A stretch of 64,000 bases of DNA from an uncultured Actinomycetota bacterium (lineage in GTDB: Bacteria > Actinomycetota > Actinomycetes > Actinomycetales > Kineosporiaceae). Where the stretch lies: positions 12,988 to 76,987 of the forward strand of contig CAWBVK010000009.1 in the NCBI GenBank assembly GCA_963792195.1, read 5' to 3'. Below the pieces are notes generated by a model. It made no database searches. It had not been told where the DNA came from and saw only the letters and a program-made list of their open reading frames with translations. Numbering within the stretch: the first letter of the stretch is position 1; each line of letters opens with the position of its first letter. The translations under genes were made by a program, and so were the position numbers. Below, one piece after another: positions 25,632-38,953 of this stretch.

Positions 25632-25718
25632 GGGCTGTCGGGCGGGCTGGTCGGGCTGATCGGGCTGGTCGGGCTGGTCGGGCTGATCGGGCTGATCGGG
25701 CTGGTCGGGCTGATCGGG
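25632..25718 (-). repeat. 9-bp tandem repeat GGGCTG(G/A)TC, 8 full copies plus degenerate flanks
   Basis: Units at 25644-25715, read directly. On the minus strand they encode (PDQ)n in one frame and (SPT/SPI)n in the HEPN frame. Four units contain GATC. Confidence 0.9.
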
Positions 25719-25752
25719 ACCGGACGGTGTGCTCACGGACGTCGCCGGGGTC

Positions 25753-26193
25753 TCAGTCCTCGATGCGGACCAGGTGCCACTGGTCGGCCGGGGACCCGCG
25801 CGAGGGCGACGGCGCCCCGGCGGGCTCACGGGACAGGTCGTAGACGCCGCCCCGGTAGGCCCGGCCCGGCGAAGCGGCCACCCGCCACACCTCGCGCTCG
25901 TCCGCGAGGCCGGCGATGCGCGCCGCCGTGCTCCCCGGGCTGCTCCCCGGGCTGCCCCCCGCGCTGCTCCCCCGATCGGCCTCACGGCCCTCGCCGGTGA
26001 CGCCCGCCGGGCCCTCCCCCTCGCCGTGCACGAGCCGCGCGGCGGGCGAGGACCACCAGGCGCGACGCTCCCGCCAGTGCCCGAGGACGTCGCGGACGAC
26101 GTAGAGACGGCCACGCCACAGGAAGGCGGCGGGTGCCCCGGCCGCGTCGCCCGTGGCCGGGCGCACCTCGACCGGATCCGCGTACATGCGCAT
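25753..26193 (-). CDS. DUF6504-like small protein; intact
   Basis: 146-aa ORF: AAFLWRGRLYVVRDVLGHWRERRAWW...EREVWRVAASPGR...GGVYDLSRE...WHLVRIED. GAGAGGGGA RBS about 12 nt upstream of ATG 26193. Family recalled from memory. Confidence 0.6.
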   Translation of the reverse strand: MRMYADPVEVRPATGDAAGAPAAFLWRGRLYVVRDVLGHWRERRAWWSSPAARLVHGEGEGPAGVTGEGREADRGSSAGGSPGSSPGSTAARIAGLADEREVWRVAASPGRAYRGGVYDLSREPAGAPSPSRGSPADQWHLVRIED

Positions 26194-26408
26194 GACGTGC
26201 CATCCCCTCTCGATCGCGACCGCGAGACCGGCCGCCGGACGCGAGTGACGAGGCCCGGAGGGGGAAGGCAGGCGTCGCCGAGATGACCGGGCGGGCGCTT
26301 CCCCACGCCCGCCCGGTCACCTACGACGGATGGCCCGGGAACAGGGCGGGGTCGAGGTCACCCTGCCCCGGACCACCCGACCGACCAGGCCGCGATCCCG
26401 GTCGGCGA

Positions 26409-26423
26409 TCGAACACTGTTCGA
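26409..26423. promoter_or_regulatory. LexA (SOS) box-like palindrome with 3-nt spacer
   Basis: TCGAAC-ACT-GTTCGA. Both arms match the actinobacterial consensus TCGAAC-N4-GTTCGA. On the minus strand a TACAGT -10-like hexamer (26437-26432) lies 8 nt upstream. About 215 nt upstream of the DUF6504-like start. Confidence 0.55.
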
Positions 26424-26540
26424 ACAATTCGACTGTACACCCGCGCCGGGCAGTGTCAACGGCGTCGCCGTGCGGGGCCCCGCGGGACCGCCGGTACGGC
26501 CGGTACGGGACGCCGCGTCCGAACGGCGCGAGGGAAGCCG

Positions 26541-27149
26541 TCAGGCCTGCGGGTAGCGGACGTCGACCCCGAGCTGGGCGGCCAGCGCGGGCGCGAGCTC
26601 GAGCACCTGGCCGACGTCGAGGACGGCCCCGCCGAGGCGGTCGAGCCCGCGCGCGACGTCGAGGGCGACGGCGCCGCGCAGGTCGACCTCGGTCAGCGTC
26701 GCGCCGGTGAGGTCGAGCCGTTCGATCCGGCACCCCGCGAAACTCACGCCGGTGAGCTGCGCGCCGCCGAGGTCGACCTCGCGCAGCCGGCAGTCCTCGA
26801 ACACGACCTCGTCGAGCACGGCCCCGCGCAGGTTCACGACGTCCAGCAGGCAGCCGGTCGAACCTGCACCCGCCGCAGCGACGACCCGAGCAGCTCGCAC
26901 CCCGACAGGGCGCACCCCGTCAGGTCCACCCCGCGCCACTGGGTCCGCGCCATCCGGGCACCCACGGCACCGGACGCCGTCGAGCGCGCCGCCCCGCCAC
27001 AGCGAGCGCTCCCAGCGGCCGCCCGTGACGGTCACCGCCTCGAACGTGCAGGCGAGGAACCTGGCGCCCGGCGCGTCGACCTCGTCGAACGCGCCGTGCG
27101 ACCAGGCGACGTCCTCGTAGGTGCGGTCCGGCACCGGCGCGACGAGCAC
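26541..27149 (-). CDS. Pentapeptide-repeat protein, frame excursion in the middle
   Basis: Runs such as FEDCRLREVDLGGAQLTGVSFAGCRIERLDLTGATLTEVDLRGAV and FLACTFEAVTVTGGRWERSLWRGGALDGV. Confidence 0.75.
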   Translation of the reverse strand: MLVAPVPDRTYEDVAWSHGAFDEVDAPGARFLACTFEAVTVTGGRWERSLWRGGALDGVRCRGCPDGADPVARGGPDGVRPVGVRAARVVAAAGAGSTGCLLDVVNLRGAVLDEVVFEDCRLREVDLGGAQLTGVSFAGCRIERLDLTGATLTEVDLRGAVALDVARGLDRLGGAVLDVGQVLELAPALAAQLGVDVRYPQA

Positions 27150-27205
27150 CTGGCGAGACTAACCAGCGCGAGCCGTCCGTCGGTGGGTCGCACTAGCCTT
27201 CGGCC

Positions 27206-27765
27206 ATGTCCTCGTCACCGGCGGAGGGTCCCTCCGCACCGACCGCCACCGGTCCGGCCGGCCCCGCGGATGTGGCCGGCCATCCAGCCGTCCTCCGGGT
27301 GCGGGCGGCACTGGCGGCCGCCGGTGCGGACGGCGACGGCGTCGTGGTCCTCGACGACCACGCGCGCACCGCCGCCGCCGCCGCCGAGCAGCTCGGCGTC
27401 ACGGTCGGGCAGATCGCGAACTCGCTGGTGTTCGCCGTCCCCGACGCCTCAGCGGCCGGCGGCCGCCGTCCGCTCCTGGTGCTGACGTCGGGCGCCCACC
27501 GGGTCGACACGGCCAAGGTCGCCGGGCTCGTCGGCGTCCCACGGCTCGACCGGGCCGACCCCGACTTCGTCCGGGAGCGCACCGGCTTCGTGATCGGCGG
27601 CGTCGCGCCCGTGGGTCACCTGGCCCCGCTGGAGACCCTGGTCGACGTCGCGCTCGCCGAGCACGCCAGGTGTGGGCGGCCGCCGGCCACGCGAAGGCGG
27701 TCTTCCCCACGACGTTCGACGAGCTCGTGCGCATCACCGGCGGGCGGCCGGCCGAGGTCGCATGA
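27206..27765 (+). CDS. YbaK/EbsC-type aminoacyl-tRNA deacylase-like protein, one frame switch near 27668
   Basis: TAAAAAEQLGVTVGQIANSLVF, LVLTSGAHRVDTAKVA, TGFVIGGVAPVGH. C-terminus RVWAAAGHAKAVFPTTFDELVRITGGRPAEVA* by manual translation. Stop overlaps the next ATG. Confidence 0.75.
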
Positions 27766-28635
27766 GCACCGGCAGCACGAGCGCCCGCACGGGCACCGGC
27801 AGTGCGCTCGCCCTGCTCACCGGGCCGCCGACGCTCCGCGTCGGCGGCGTCGCCGTCACGCGCACCGGCCGGCCGCCGGGCGATGCGCCCGCGCTGCTGC
27901 TCGTGCACGGCGTCGGGCGCCGCGCGGCTCGTCTGGGCGCCGGTGCTCGCGCCGCTGGCCGCCCGCTACGACGTGCTCGCGGTCGACCTGCCGGGGCACG
28001 GCGCCTCCGCGCCGCTGCCGCCGGGCGCCGACGCCGGCTGCGCGGCGCTCGCCGCCGGGCTCGGCGAGGTGCTGCAGGCGCTCGGCGTGACCCGCCCGCA
28101 CGTGGTCGGCAACTCCCTCGGCGGCGTGGGTCGCCCTCGAGCTCGCCGCGGACGGCGGCGCCGCGAGCGTGACCGGGCTGGCCCCGCCGGGCTGCGCGCC
28201 GCGCCCGGGCGAGCCCAACCCCGTGCTGCACCTCAACCGACGCTGGCCCGGCTCACCGGCCGGCTCGGCGAGGCGCTCGCCGCGAACGCGCTCGGCCGCC
28301 GGCTCACCTTCGCCAGCGGCACGGCCGACCCGGCCGCGCTCGACCCGGGCCTCGCCCGCGGCGTGGTGCACGCCATGCGCACCTCCACGGCCTACGAGGC
28401 GATGATCGCGGCCACCCGGCACCGCACCTTCGACCGGGGCGCCCGGGTGCGGGTGCCGGTCACGTCGTGTTCGGCGACGACGACCGGATCCTCCCGGCCC
28501 CCGACAACCAGCACCGCGAGGCGGCGCCGCCCGGGCGCGCGCTGGGTCGTGCTGCCCCGCTGCGGCCACGCCCCGATGTGGGACGCGCCGGCCCGCACCG
28601 TCGAGCTGGTCGACGAGACCGTGAGCGCGGCGTGA
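27762..28635 (+). CDS. Alpha/beta-fold hydrolase, frameshifted
   Basis: ATG 27762 (ATGA overlap). ALLLVHGVG, LAVDLPGHGAS, nucleophile elbow HVVGNSLGG, C-terminal LPRCGHAPMWDAP. Confidence 0.75.
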
Positions 28636-29350
28636 GCGTCCCCCCGCTCGTCACCCTGACGCTCTGGGGGGTCGGGCCCGGCGGGCGTCGTCCCGGCCGT
28701 GGCCTGCGGATGGCCCTCGACCGCCGCCACCTGCGCCGGTGCACCGGGCTGCGGTTCGCCAAGCTGCTCGGCACCGGCGACGGGCGCACCTTCACCCCGC
28801 GCGACGCCGACCCGCTGCACTGGGGCGCTGCTCGCCGTGTGGGACGATCCGGCCGCCGCCCGTGCGCTTCGAGGCCGGCCCGACGCACCGCGCCTGGGGC
28901 AGGATCGCCCGCGAACGCCTCGACCTCGCGCTGCGCCCGGTCGCGAGCCGGGGGCGGTGGTCGGGCCGCGAGCCCTTCGGCGACCCGCCGCCGGTGAAGG
29001 TCGGCGGGCCGGTCGCCGCCCTCACCCGGGCCCGGATCAAGGCGCCGAGCACGCGCACGTTCTGGGCGCGCGGTGCCGCCGGTCTCGGCCGACCTGCACG
29101 CCGTGCCGGGGCTGCGCCTCGCGGTCGGCATCGGCGAGGCGCCCGTCGGCCTGCAGGGCACGTTCAGCCTCTGGGACAGCCCGTCGGCCCTGGTCGAGTT
29201 CGCGCACCGCCGGGCGCGCCCACACCGAGGTGGTGGCGCGCACGGCGCGCGAGGGCTGGTACGCCGAGGAGCTGTTCGCCCGCTTCGAGGTGCTCGTCCG
29301 TCACCGGGACCTTCCGCGGCCGGCACCCGCTGAGCGAGGTGGGGCCGTGA
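28632..29350 (+). CDS. CrtA-like (spheroidene monooxygenase family) protein, frameshifted
   Basis: GTG 28632 overlaps the previous stop. VSVPPLVTLTLWGV...GLRFAKLLGTGDGRTFTPRDADPLHW...RGRWSGREPFG...GEAPVGLQGTFSLWDS...EGWYAEELFARFEV. Family recalled from memory of actinobacterial annotations. Confidence 0.45.
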
Positions 29351-29393
29351 GCGCGGGCGCGCCACCGGCACCTCCCGCCTAGACTTGCGGGCT

Positions 29394-30260
29394 GTGACCG
29401 GCGCCGGCGTGCTCGCAGCGGGCTGGCGCCGCCCGGCCGGTGGGCGGACGCCGCGCTGGCGTCTCGGCGGCGGCCGCCGTGCTCGCCCAGGTCGCCTATC
29501 CGCTGCTGCACGGCGACGCGCTCCGCGCCGCGACCATCGCCGCGGTGGTGCTCTTCGCGTCCGCCTCGGTCGCGCACGCGGCCGCGTGGTGGGGCGCCCG
29601 GCGCCGGTCTCGCGCTGCTCGTCGACCGCCGCCGCGATCGGGCTCGCGGCCGAGGCGGTCGGGGTCGCCACCGGCGTGCCGTTCGGCCGGTACGCCTACG
29701 CCGGCACGCTCGGGCCGCAGCTGCTCGGCGTCCCGGTGCTGGTGCCGCTGGCGTGGACGATGATGGCCTACCCCGCGCTGCTGCTGGGCCGGCGCCTCGG
29801 CCGGGCGGCGGCCCGGCGCAGCGCGTCCGGCGGTCGCGCCGTCCTGGGCGGTGCCACCCTCGCCGCCTGGGACCTCTTCCTCGACCCGCAGATGGTCGCG
29901 GCCGGCCACTGGACGTGGGCGCATCCCCGACCCGTCCCTGCCCGGGCGTGCCGGACGTGCCGCTGACCAACGCCGCGGGCTGGCTGCTCGTGGGCACGCT
30001 CCTCGTGGCCGCGCTGGACCGCGTGCTCGCGGCGCACCCGCCGGACGTCGCCCGCGAGGCGCTCCCCGCCGCGCTGCTGGCCTGGACCTGGCTCGGCTCC
30101 ACCCTCGCCAACCTGGCCTTCTTCGACCGGCCGTGGGTCGCGCTCTACGGCGGCGATCGGTCTCGGGCTGCTCGTGGCCCCGTACCTGCGATCGCTGGTC
30201 CGGTCGGAGAAGCGCGCCCGAGCCGCCTCCGACCGCGGTGTGCGGCCGGTGACCGCATGA
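29394..30260 (+). CDS. Carotenoid biosynthesis membrane protein (Caroten_synth/CruF-like 1,2-hydratase family), frameshifted
   Basis: AVLAQVAYPLLHGDALRAATIAAVVLFASASVAHAA, IGLAAEAVGVATGVPFGRYAYAGTLGPQLLGVPVLVPLAWTMMAYPA, AAWDLFLDPQMVAAGHWTWAHP, VPLTNAAGWLLVG. Start is TTG 29385 or GTG 29394. Confidence 0.65.
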
Positions 30261-30270
30261 GGGGCAGATC

Positions 30271-31417
30271 GTGACGCGTGTGGGTGGTTGGGAGGCGGGC
30301 CGGGTGTGGCGTGCCCTCACCTGGGTCGGCACCGCGGGCGCCGTCGCGGCCACCGCGCACACGTTCGTCAACCTGCGGGCGCTGCGCGTGCCCGCCGACG
30401 ACCCGGCGCCCGTGACCGAGCGGGTCAGCGTGCTCGTGCCCGCACGCGACGAGGCCGCCCGGATCGGTGCCTGCCTCGCGTCCGTCCTCGACCAGGTCAG
30501 CGTGCCCGACCTCGAGGTCGTCGTCCTCGACGACGGCTCGACCGACGGCACCGCCGACGTCGCGCGCCGGGCGGCGGGCGGCGACCCGCGGGTCCGGGTC
30601 CTGACGGGCGAGCCGCTGCCCGGCGGCTGGCTCGGCAAGGCGCACGCGTGCGAGCAGCTGGCCCGGGCGGCCACCGGGGTCGGTGCTCGTCTTCGTCGAC
30701 GCCGACGTCGTCCTCGCGCCGCAGGCGGTGGCCGCGACCGTGCAGCTGCTGCGGGCGGCCGGCCTCGACCTGGCCAGCCCCTACCCGCGGCAGATCGCGG
30801 AGACCTGGTCGGAACGGCTGGTGCAGCCGCTGCTGCAGTGGTCGTGGCTGACGCTGCTGCCGCTGCGCCTCGCCGAGACCTCGCCCCGGCCGTCGCTCTC
30901 GGCCGCCAACGGGCAGCTCCTGGCGGTGGACGCCGAGGCGTACCGGCGGGTCGGCGGGCACGCGGCCGTGCGCACCGAGGTGCTCGACGACGTCGCGCTG
31001 GTCCGCGCGGTGAAGGCCGCGGGCGGGCGCGGCGGCGTCGTCGACGGCACCTGGCTGGCGACCTGCCGGATGTACGAGAGCTGGCCGACGCTGCGCGACG
31101 GGTACACGAAGTCGGCGTGGGCGGCGTTCGGCTCGCCTGCCGGCGCCGCGGCCGTGGTGGCCGCCCTCGGCGTGCTCTACGTCGTGCCGCCGCTCGCCGC
31201 CCTGCGCGGCTCGCTGGTCGGGTTCGTCGGCTACGGCGCCGCGGTCACCGGCCGCTACGTCGTGGCCGAGCGCACCGGCGGCCGCTCCGTGCCCGACAGC
31301 CTGGGCCACCCGGCGTCCATCGTGCTGCTGGGGTGGCTCACCGCGGCCTCGTGGCGCCGGCACCTGCGCGGCGACCTGCGCTGGAAGGGCCGCGCGCTGC
31401 CGGGCGCGCGCCGCTGA
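30271..31417 (+). CDS. Family 2 glycosyltransferase (carotenoid glycosyltransferase CruC/CrtX-like by context), one frame switch near 30680
   Basis: VSVLVPARDEAARIGACLASVLDQ, LEVVVLDDGSTDGT, LVFVDADVVL, NGQLLAVDAEAYRRVGGH, C-terminal TM helices. Confidence 0.8.
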
Positions 31418-31428
31418 GGGCCGCCGGC

Positions 31429-32957
31429 ATGGCAGCGGTGGTGGTCGTCGGGGCGGGCCTGGGAGGCCTCGCAGCCGCCGCGCGGCTCGCCGCGCTCGGG
31501 CACGACGTCACGGTGTGCGAGCAGGCGCGCGGTCGTCGGCGGCAAGCTGGGCGTGCTGGCCCGCGACGGCTTCGTGTTCGACACCGGGCCGAGCCTGCTC
31601 ACGCTGCCCGCCGTCTACCGCGACCTGTTCCTCGCCACCGGTGGGCCGCTGGAGGCCGAGGTGCCGCTCGTGCCCGTCGACCCGGTCTGCCACTACCGGT
31701 TCGCCGACGGCACGGAGCTCGACCTGCCGAACGGCGCCGCGCTCCCGCATCGCCGCGGGCCTGGGACGACGCGCTCGGGGCCGGCGCCGGCGCCGACTGG
31801 ACGGCGTTCTCCGCGCGCGCCGGGGCGATCTGGGACGCGACCCGCGAGACCTTCCTCGAGGCCCCGCTGGACGGGCGCCGGACCCTGGCCCGGCAGGCGA
31901 CGCCGGCTGCGCGACCTGCGCACCGTCGCCCCGTGGCACTCGCTGCGCGGGCTCGGGCGGCGGTACCTGCGCCACCCGCACCAGCGGACCTGCCTCGACC
32001 GGTACGCCACCTACACCGGCTCGGACCCGCGCCGGGCCCCCGCCGCGCTCGCGACCGTGCCGTACGTCGAGCAGACCTTCGGCGCCTGGTACGTCGAGGG
32101 CGGTCTGCGGCGGCTCGGCGACGCCGTGCACGCGCGGGCCGTCGACCGGGGCGCGAAGATCCGCACCGGCGAGGCCGTCGCCGGGATCCTCCTCGACGGC
32201 GCGGGGCGGCGCGTCGCCGGCGTCCGGCTCGCGGGCGGCGAACGGCTGCCGGCCGACGTCGTCGTCGCGAACGCCGACGCCGCCCACGTCTACCGCGACC
32301 TGCTGCCGCCGGCCGTCGCGGCCCGCCCGCTGGCCGCCCTGCGCCGCGCCGAGCCGTCGCTCGTCCGGCTTCGTCCTGCTGCTCGCCCTGCGCGGTCGCA
32401 CGCCGGGGCTCGCCCACCACACCGTGCTGTTCCCCGAGGACTACGACGACGAGTTCGACTCGGTCTTCGGCACCGGGCGGCACCGGCGCACCGGGCCGCG
32501 CCCGGTGCCCGACCCCACGGTCTACGTCAGCGCCCCCGACGACCCGGCCCTGCGCCCCGACGACGACAGCGAGGCGTGGTTCGTGCTCGTCAACGCCCCG
32601 CGCCACGCCCCCGACCACGCCGTCACCGGCGTCGACTGGGACGCCCCGGGACTGCGCGAGACCTACGCCGACCGGGTGCTCGCCGTGACTGGCGGCGCGC
32701 GGGCCTCGACGTGCGCGACCGGCTGCTGTGGCGCGAGGTGCGCACGCCCGCCGACCTCGAGCGCGCCACCGGGCAGCGTGGGCGGGTCGATCTACGGCAC
32801 GAGCAGCAACGGAATGCGTGCGGCGTTCCTGCGGCCCGCGAACCGCTCGCCGGTGCCGGGGCTGTTCCTCGTCGGCGGGTCCTCGCACCCGGGCGGGGGC
32901 ATCCCGCTCGTGGGGCTGTCGGCCGCGATCGTCGCCGGGCTGATCGGGCCGGCGTAG
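31429..32957 (+). CDS. Phytoene desaturase-family FAD oxidoreductase (CrtD-like by context), frameshifted
   Basis: [108 protein letters not shown]. Confidence 0.8.
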
Positions 32958-32960
32958 GGC

Positions 32961-33471
32961 GTGCACGTGCTCGTGGGCGGCTGGCCGGGCTCGGGCAAGA
33001 CCACGCTGGCCGGCGCCCTGGCCGCCGAGCTCGGCCTGCCCCTGCTCGCCAAGGACGAGCTCAAGGAGGCGCTCGCCGACGCGCTCGGCGCGCCCGCCGA
33101 CGTCCCGGCGTCGCGGCGCCTGGGCCGTGCCGCCGTCCGCGGTGTGCTCACCCTGGCCCGCCGTTGCCCCGGCGCCGTCGTCGACAGCACCTGGTTCGAC
33201 GACGCGCGCCCGCTCGCCGTGGCGCTCCCCCGCCCGCGCGTCGAGGTCGCGGTGCGTCGTCCCCCTCGAGGTCGCCCGTGCCCGGTACCGGGCACGCGCG
33301 GTCGCCCGCCACCCGGGCCACCTCGACCTCGAGCGCGACGAGCATGAGCTGTGGGGGCGGCCAGTTCCGCCGCTCGGCGTCGGGCCGCTGCTCGAGGTCG
33401 ACACCAGCGGCGCGGTCGACGTCCAGGCGGTGGCCCGGCAGGTCCTGGCGCTGGCAGCCGCCGCGAGGTAG
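32961..33471 (+). CDS. P-loop NTPase / small kinase-like protein (AAA_33-like), one frame switch
   Basis: MHVLVGGWPGSGKTTLAGALAAELGLPLLAKDELKEAL. C-terminal part in ORF 33127..33471. Confidence 0.6.
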
Positions 33472-33550
33472 GTCCTCAGGCGCGGTCCGCACGCCGCGCC
33501 GCCCGTGAGTCCTGGCGCGCCTTCCGTTGCTCGCTTCCGGCCGCGATGCT

Positions 33551-33605
33551 CGCGACCGACTGCGTTGCGCGCGACTGACCGCGTTGCGCGCGACTGACCG
33601 CGTTG
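33551..33605. repeat. 19-bp tandem direct repeat (two perfect copies CGCGCGACTGACCGCGTTG plus one degenerate copy)
   Basis: 33568-33586 and 33587-33605 are identical. 33551-33567 is a 17-nt variant. Lies in the spacer between convergent genes. Confidence 0.85.
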
Positions 33606-33736
33606 CTCCCGCCTGGCTGTATTGCGCGCGAGATGCCGCTCGCGAGACCCCTCCCGGCGGCATCCGGGGAGTAACGCAGCCGGAGGGGAGCAACGGCCGG
33701 AGGGGCCGCGCGGCGAGGGTGGACGCGTGACCGCGG

Positions 33737-34405
33737 TCAGGGCGCCGGGTCGGACGCCGCCGTCAGCCGGGCGCGGACCGTCCGCAGGAGCTGGGCGAGG
33801 CCGACGGCGCCGATCGTGGCCAGAGCGGCCGCGCCGGCGGTGGCCCATCCCACGTGCCAGGCCGGGTACACGCCCGCACCGAGCAGGAACATCGCCGTGA
33901 CGATGATCCGGGTGGGCCGCTCGGAGACCGTCACGACGCCGACCTCGGGCATGCCGGCGACGGCCGCGCGGGCACGCACGTACTCGTGCAGCAGAGCCAG
34001 GCCGGCGGCCGTCGCGGCGAGCCAGCCGGGAGCCCCCGCGACGCAGCAGGGCGACGCAGTAGGCGGCGTCCGCGACCCGGTCGGCCGCCGAGTCGAGCAC
34101 GAAACCCAGCCGCGACGTGCGGCCCGCCATCACAGCGACCGCGCCGTCGAGGTTGTCCAGCAGGCCGGAGCGGCCGCGTCAGGGCGGCCGCAGCGAGCGG
34201 CCAGCGCCCACCCGCGGACGCCGGCCAGACGGCCGCCACCGCGACGAGCAGGCCGGCCGCGGTGACGGGCCACGGCCCCACCCCGCTGCGGACCAGCGGG
34301 CGCGCGACCGCGTGACTGATGCCGAGCCACCAGCCCGACGATCCCGCCGGTCGACGCGTCGCCGTGCAGGGCCGACCAGCGGGCCAGGTACTCCTGGCGG
34401 CTCAT
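33737..34405 (-). CDS. CDP-alcohol phosphatidyltransferase family protein, frameshifted
   Basis: MSRQEYLARWSALHG start (ATG 34405; GTG 34414 also possible). Family motif LLDNLDGAVAVMAGRTSRLGFVLDSAADRVADAAY (manual). C-terminal TM segment in ORF 33737..33979. Confidence 0.75.
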
Positions 34406-34416
34406 GACCGGCACGC

Positions 34417-35096
34417 TCAGGCGAGCTCCCAGACCACGGCGAGCCCGACGTCGACGGCCACGCCGCCGGGTTCGAGCCCGATCTCCGGGCCCGCGGCCAC
34501 GCCGCGATCGCGCGCCCTCCGGCGAGCGGCCGCGGGTATCGCGCCGCCGCCTCCCGCGTCGATGCTCCGCACCGCGCCGAGAGCGCGGCCAGCCAGCTCG
34601 GCGAGCTGGACCGCGGACGCGTAGGCGTCACGCCAGGCGGCCTCGCGGGCGGCACCGCGCAGGGCGGAGTCGTCCTCGAGGGCGAACTCCACCCCCTGAA
34701 GCCGGACGGCGTCGCCGCCGGCGCCCACGGCGTCACCGAGCACCCGGCCGGCGGCGGCGAGGTCGCGGAGGACGACCGTGAGGGTGTGCTCGGCGCGGTA
34801 GCCGAGCAGGCGCGGGCCGCGCTGGCCGGAGTAGTCCTCCTCGACCTGGATCGTCACCGACCCGGTGGCGGCGTCCCGCGGGGCGACACCGGCCGCCACC
34901 AGGGAGTCGCGAACCCGCCGGGCGGCCTGCTCGCTGTCGCCCAGGGCCGCGGCCACGCCCGGCCGCAGCGCCGTCACGCCGAGGCGGACCCGGCACACGT
35001 CGGGCGCCCCCTCGGCACGGCCGTGACCCGTCACGCTGACGGTCGCGCCGGATCCCGTGATCCCGCTGGATTCCGTGATCCCGCCGGATTCCATGA

Positions 35097-35100
<4 letters not shown>
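34417..35100 (-). CDS. SIMPL/DUF541 domain protein; apparently intact
   Basis: 227-aa ORF. ATG 35100 overlaps the metF stop (ATGA). GYRAEHTLTVVLRDL, AAWRDAYASAVQLAELAG, C-terminal ...VDVGLAVVWELA. Confidence 0.7.
35045..35098 (-). repeat. 18-bp x3 tandem repeat at the 5' end of the SIMPL-like gene
   Basis: GCGCCGGATCCCGTGATC / CCGCTGGATTCCGTGATC / CCGCCGGATTCCATGATC. Encodes IMESGG-ITESSG-ITGSGA. Contains four GATC sites. Confidence 0.85.
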
Positions 35101-38887
<3,787 letters not shown>

Positions 38888-38953
38888 CGACGACCGCACG
38901 CCGGGCCGGGCCTGCGCAGACGATCACGTCGCGGTGCGCGAGGATGGTCCGCC

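Noticed and set aside
25644-25715. CRISPR array (this repeat and the 19-bp repeat at 33551-33605)
   Set aside because: The units are contiguous 9-bp and 19-bp tandem repeats with no unique spacers, are far shorter than CRISPR repeats, and no cas genes are present.
24633-26306. Long Arg/Pro/Ala-rich ORFs here and elsewhere (e.g. 6238-8094 +, 1728-2999 +, 31599-34133 -, 53599-55911 +, 18632-21010 +) as candidate novel proteins
   Set aside because: They are typical shadow ORFs of high-GC DNA. They run antisense or off-frame to genes with clear homology, have extreme RPGA composition, and show no motifs, RBS or sensible boundaries.
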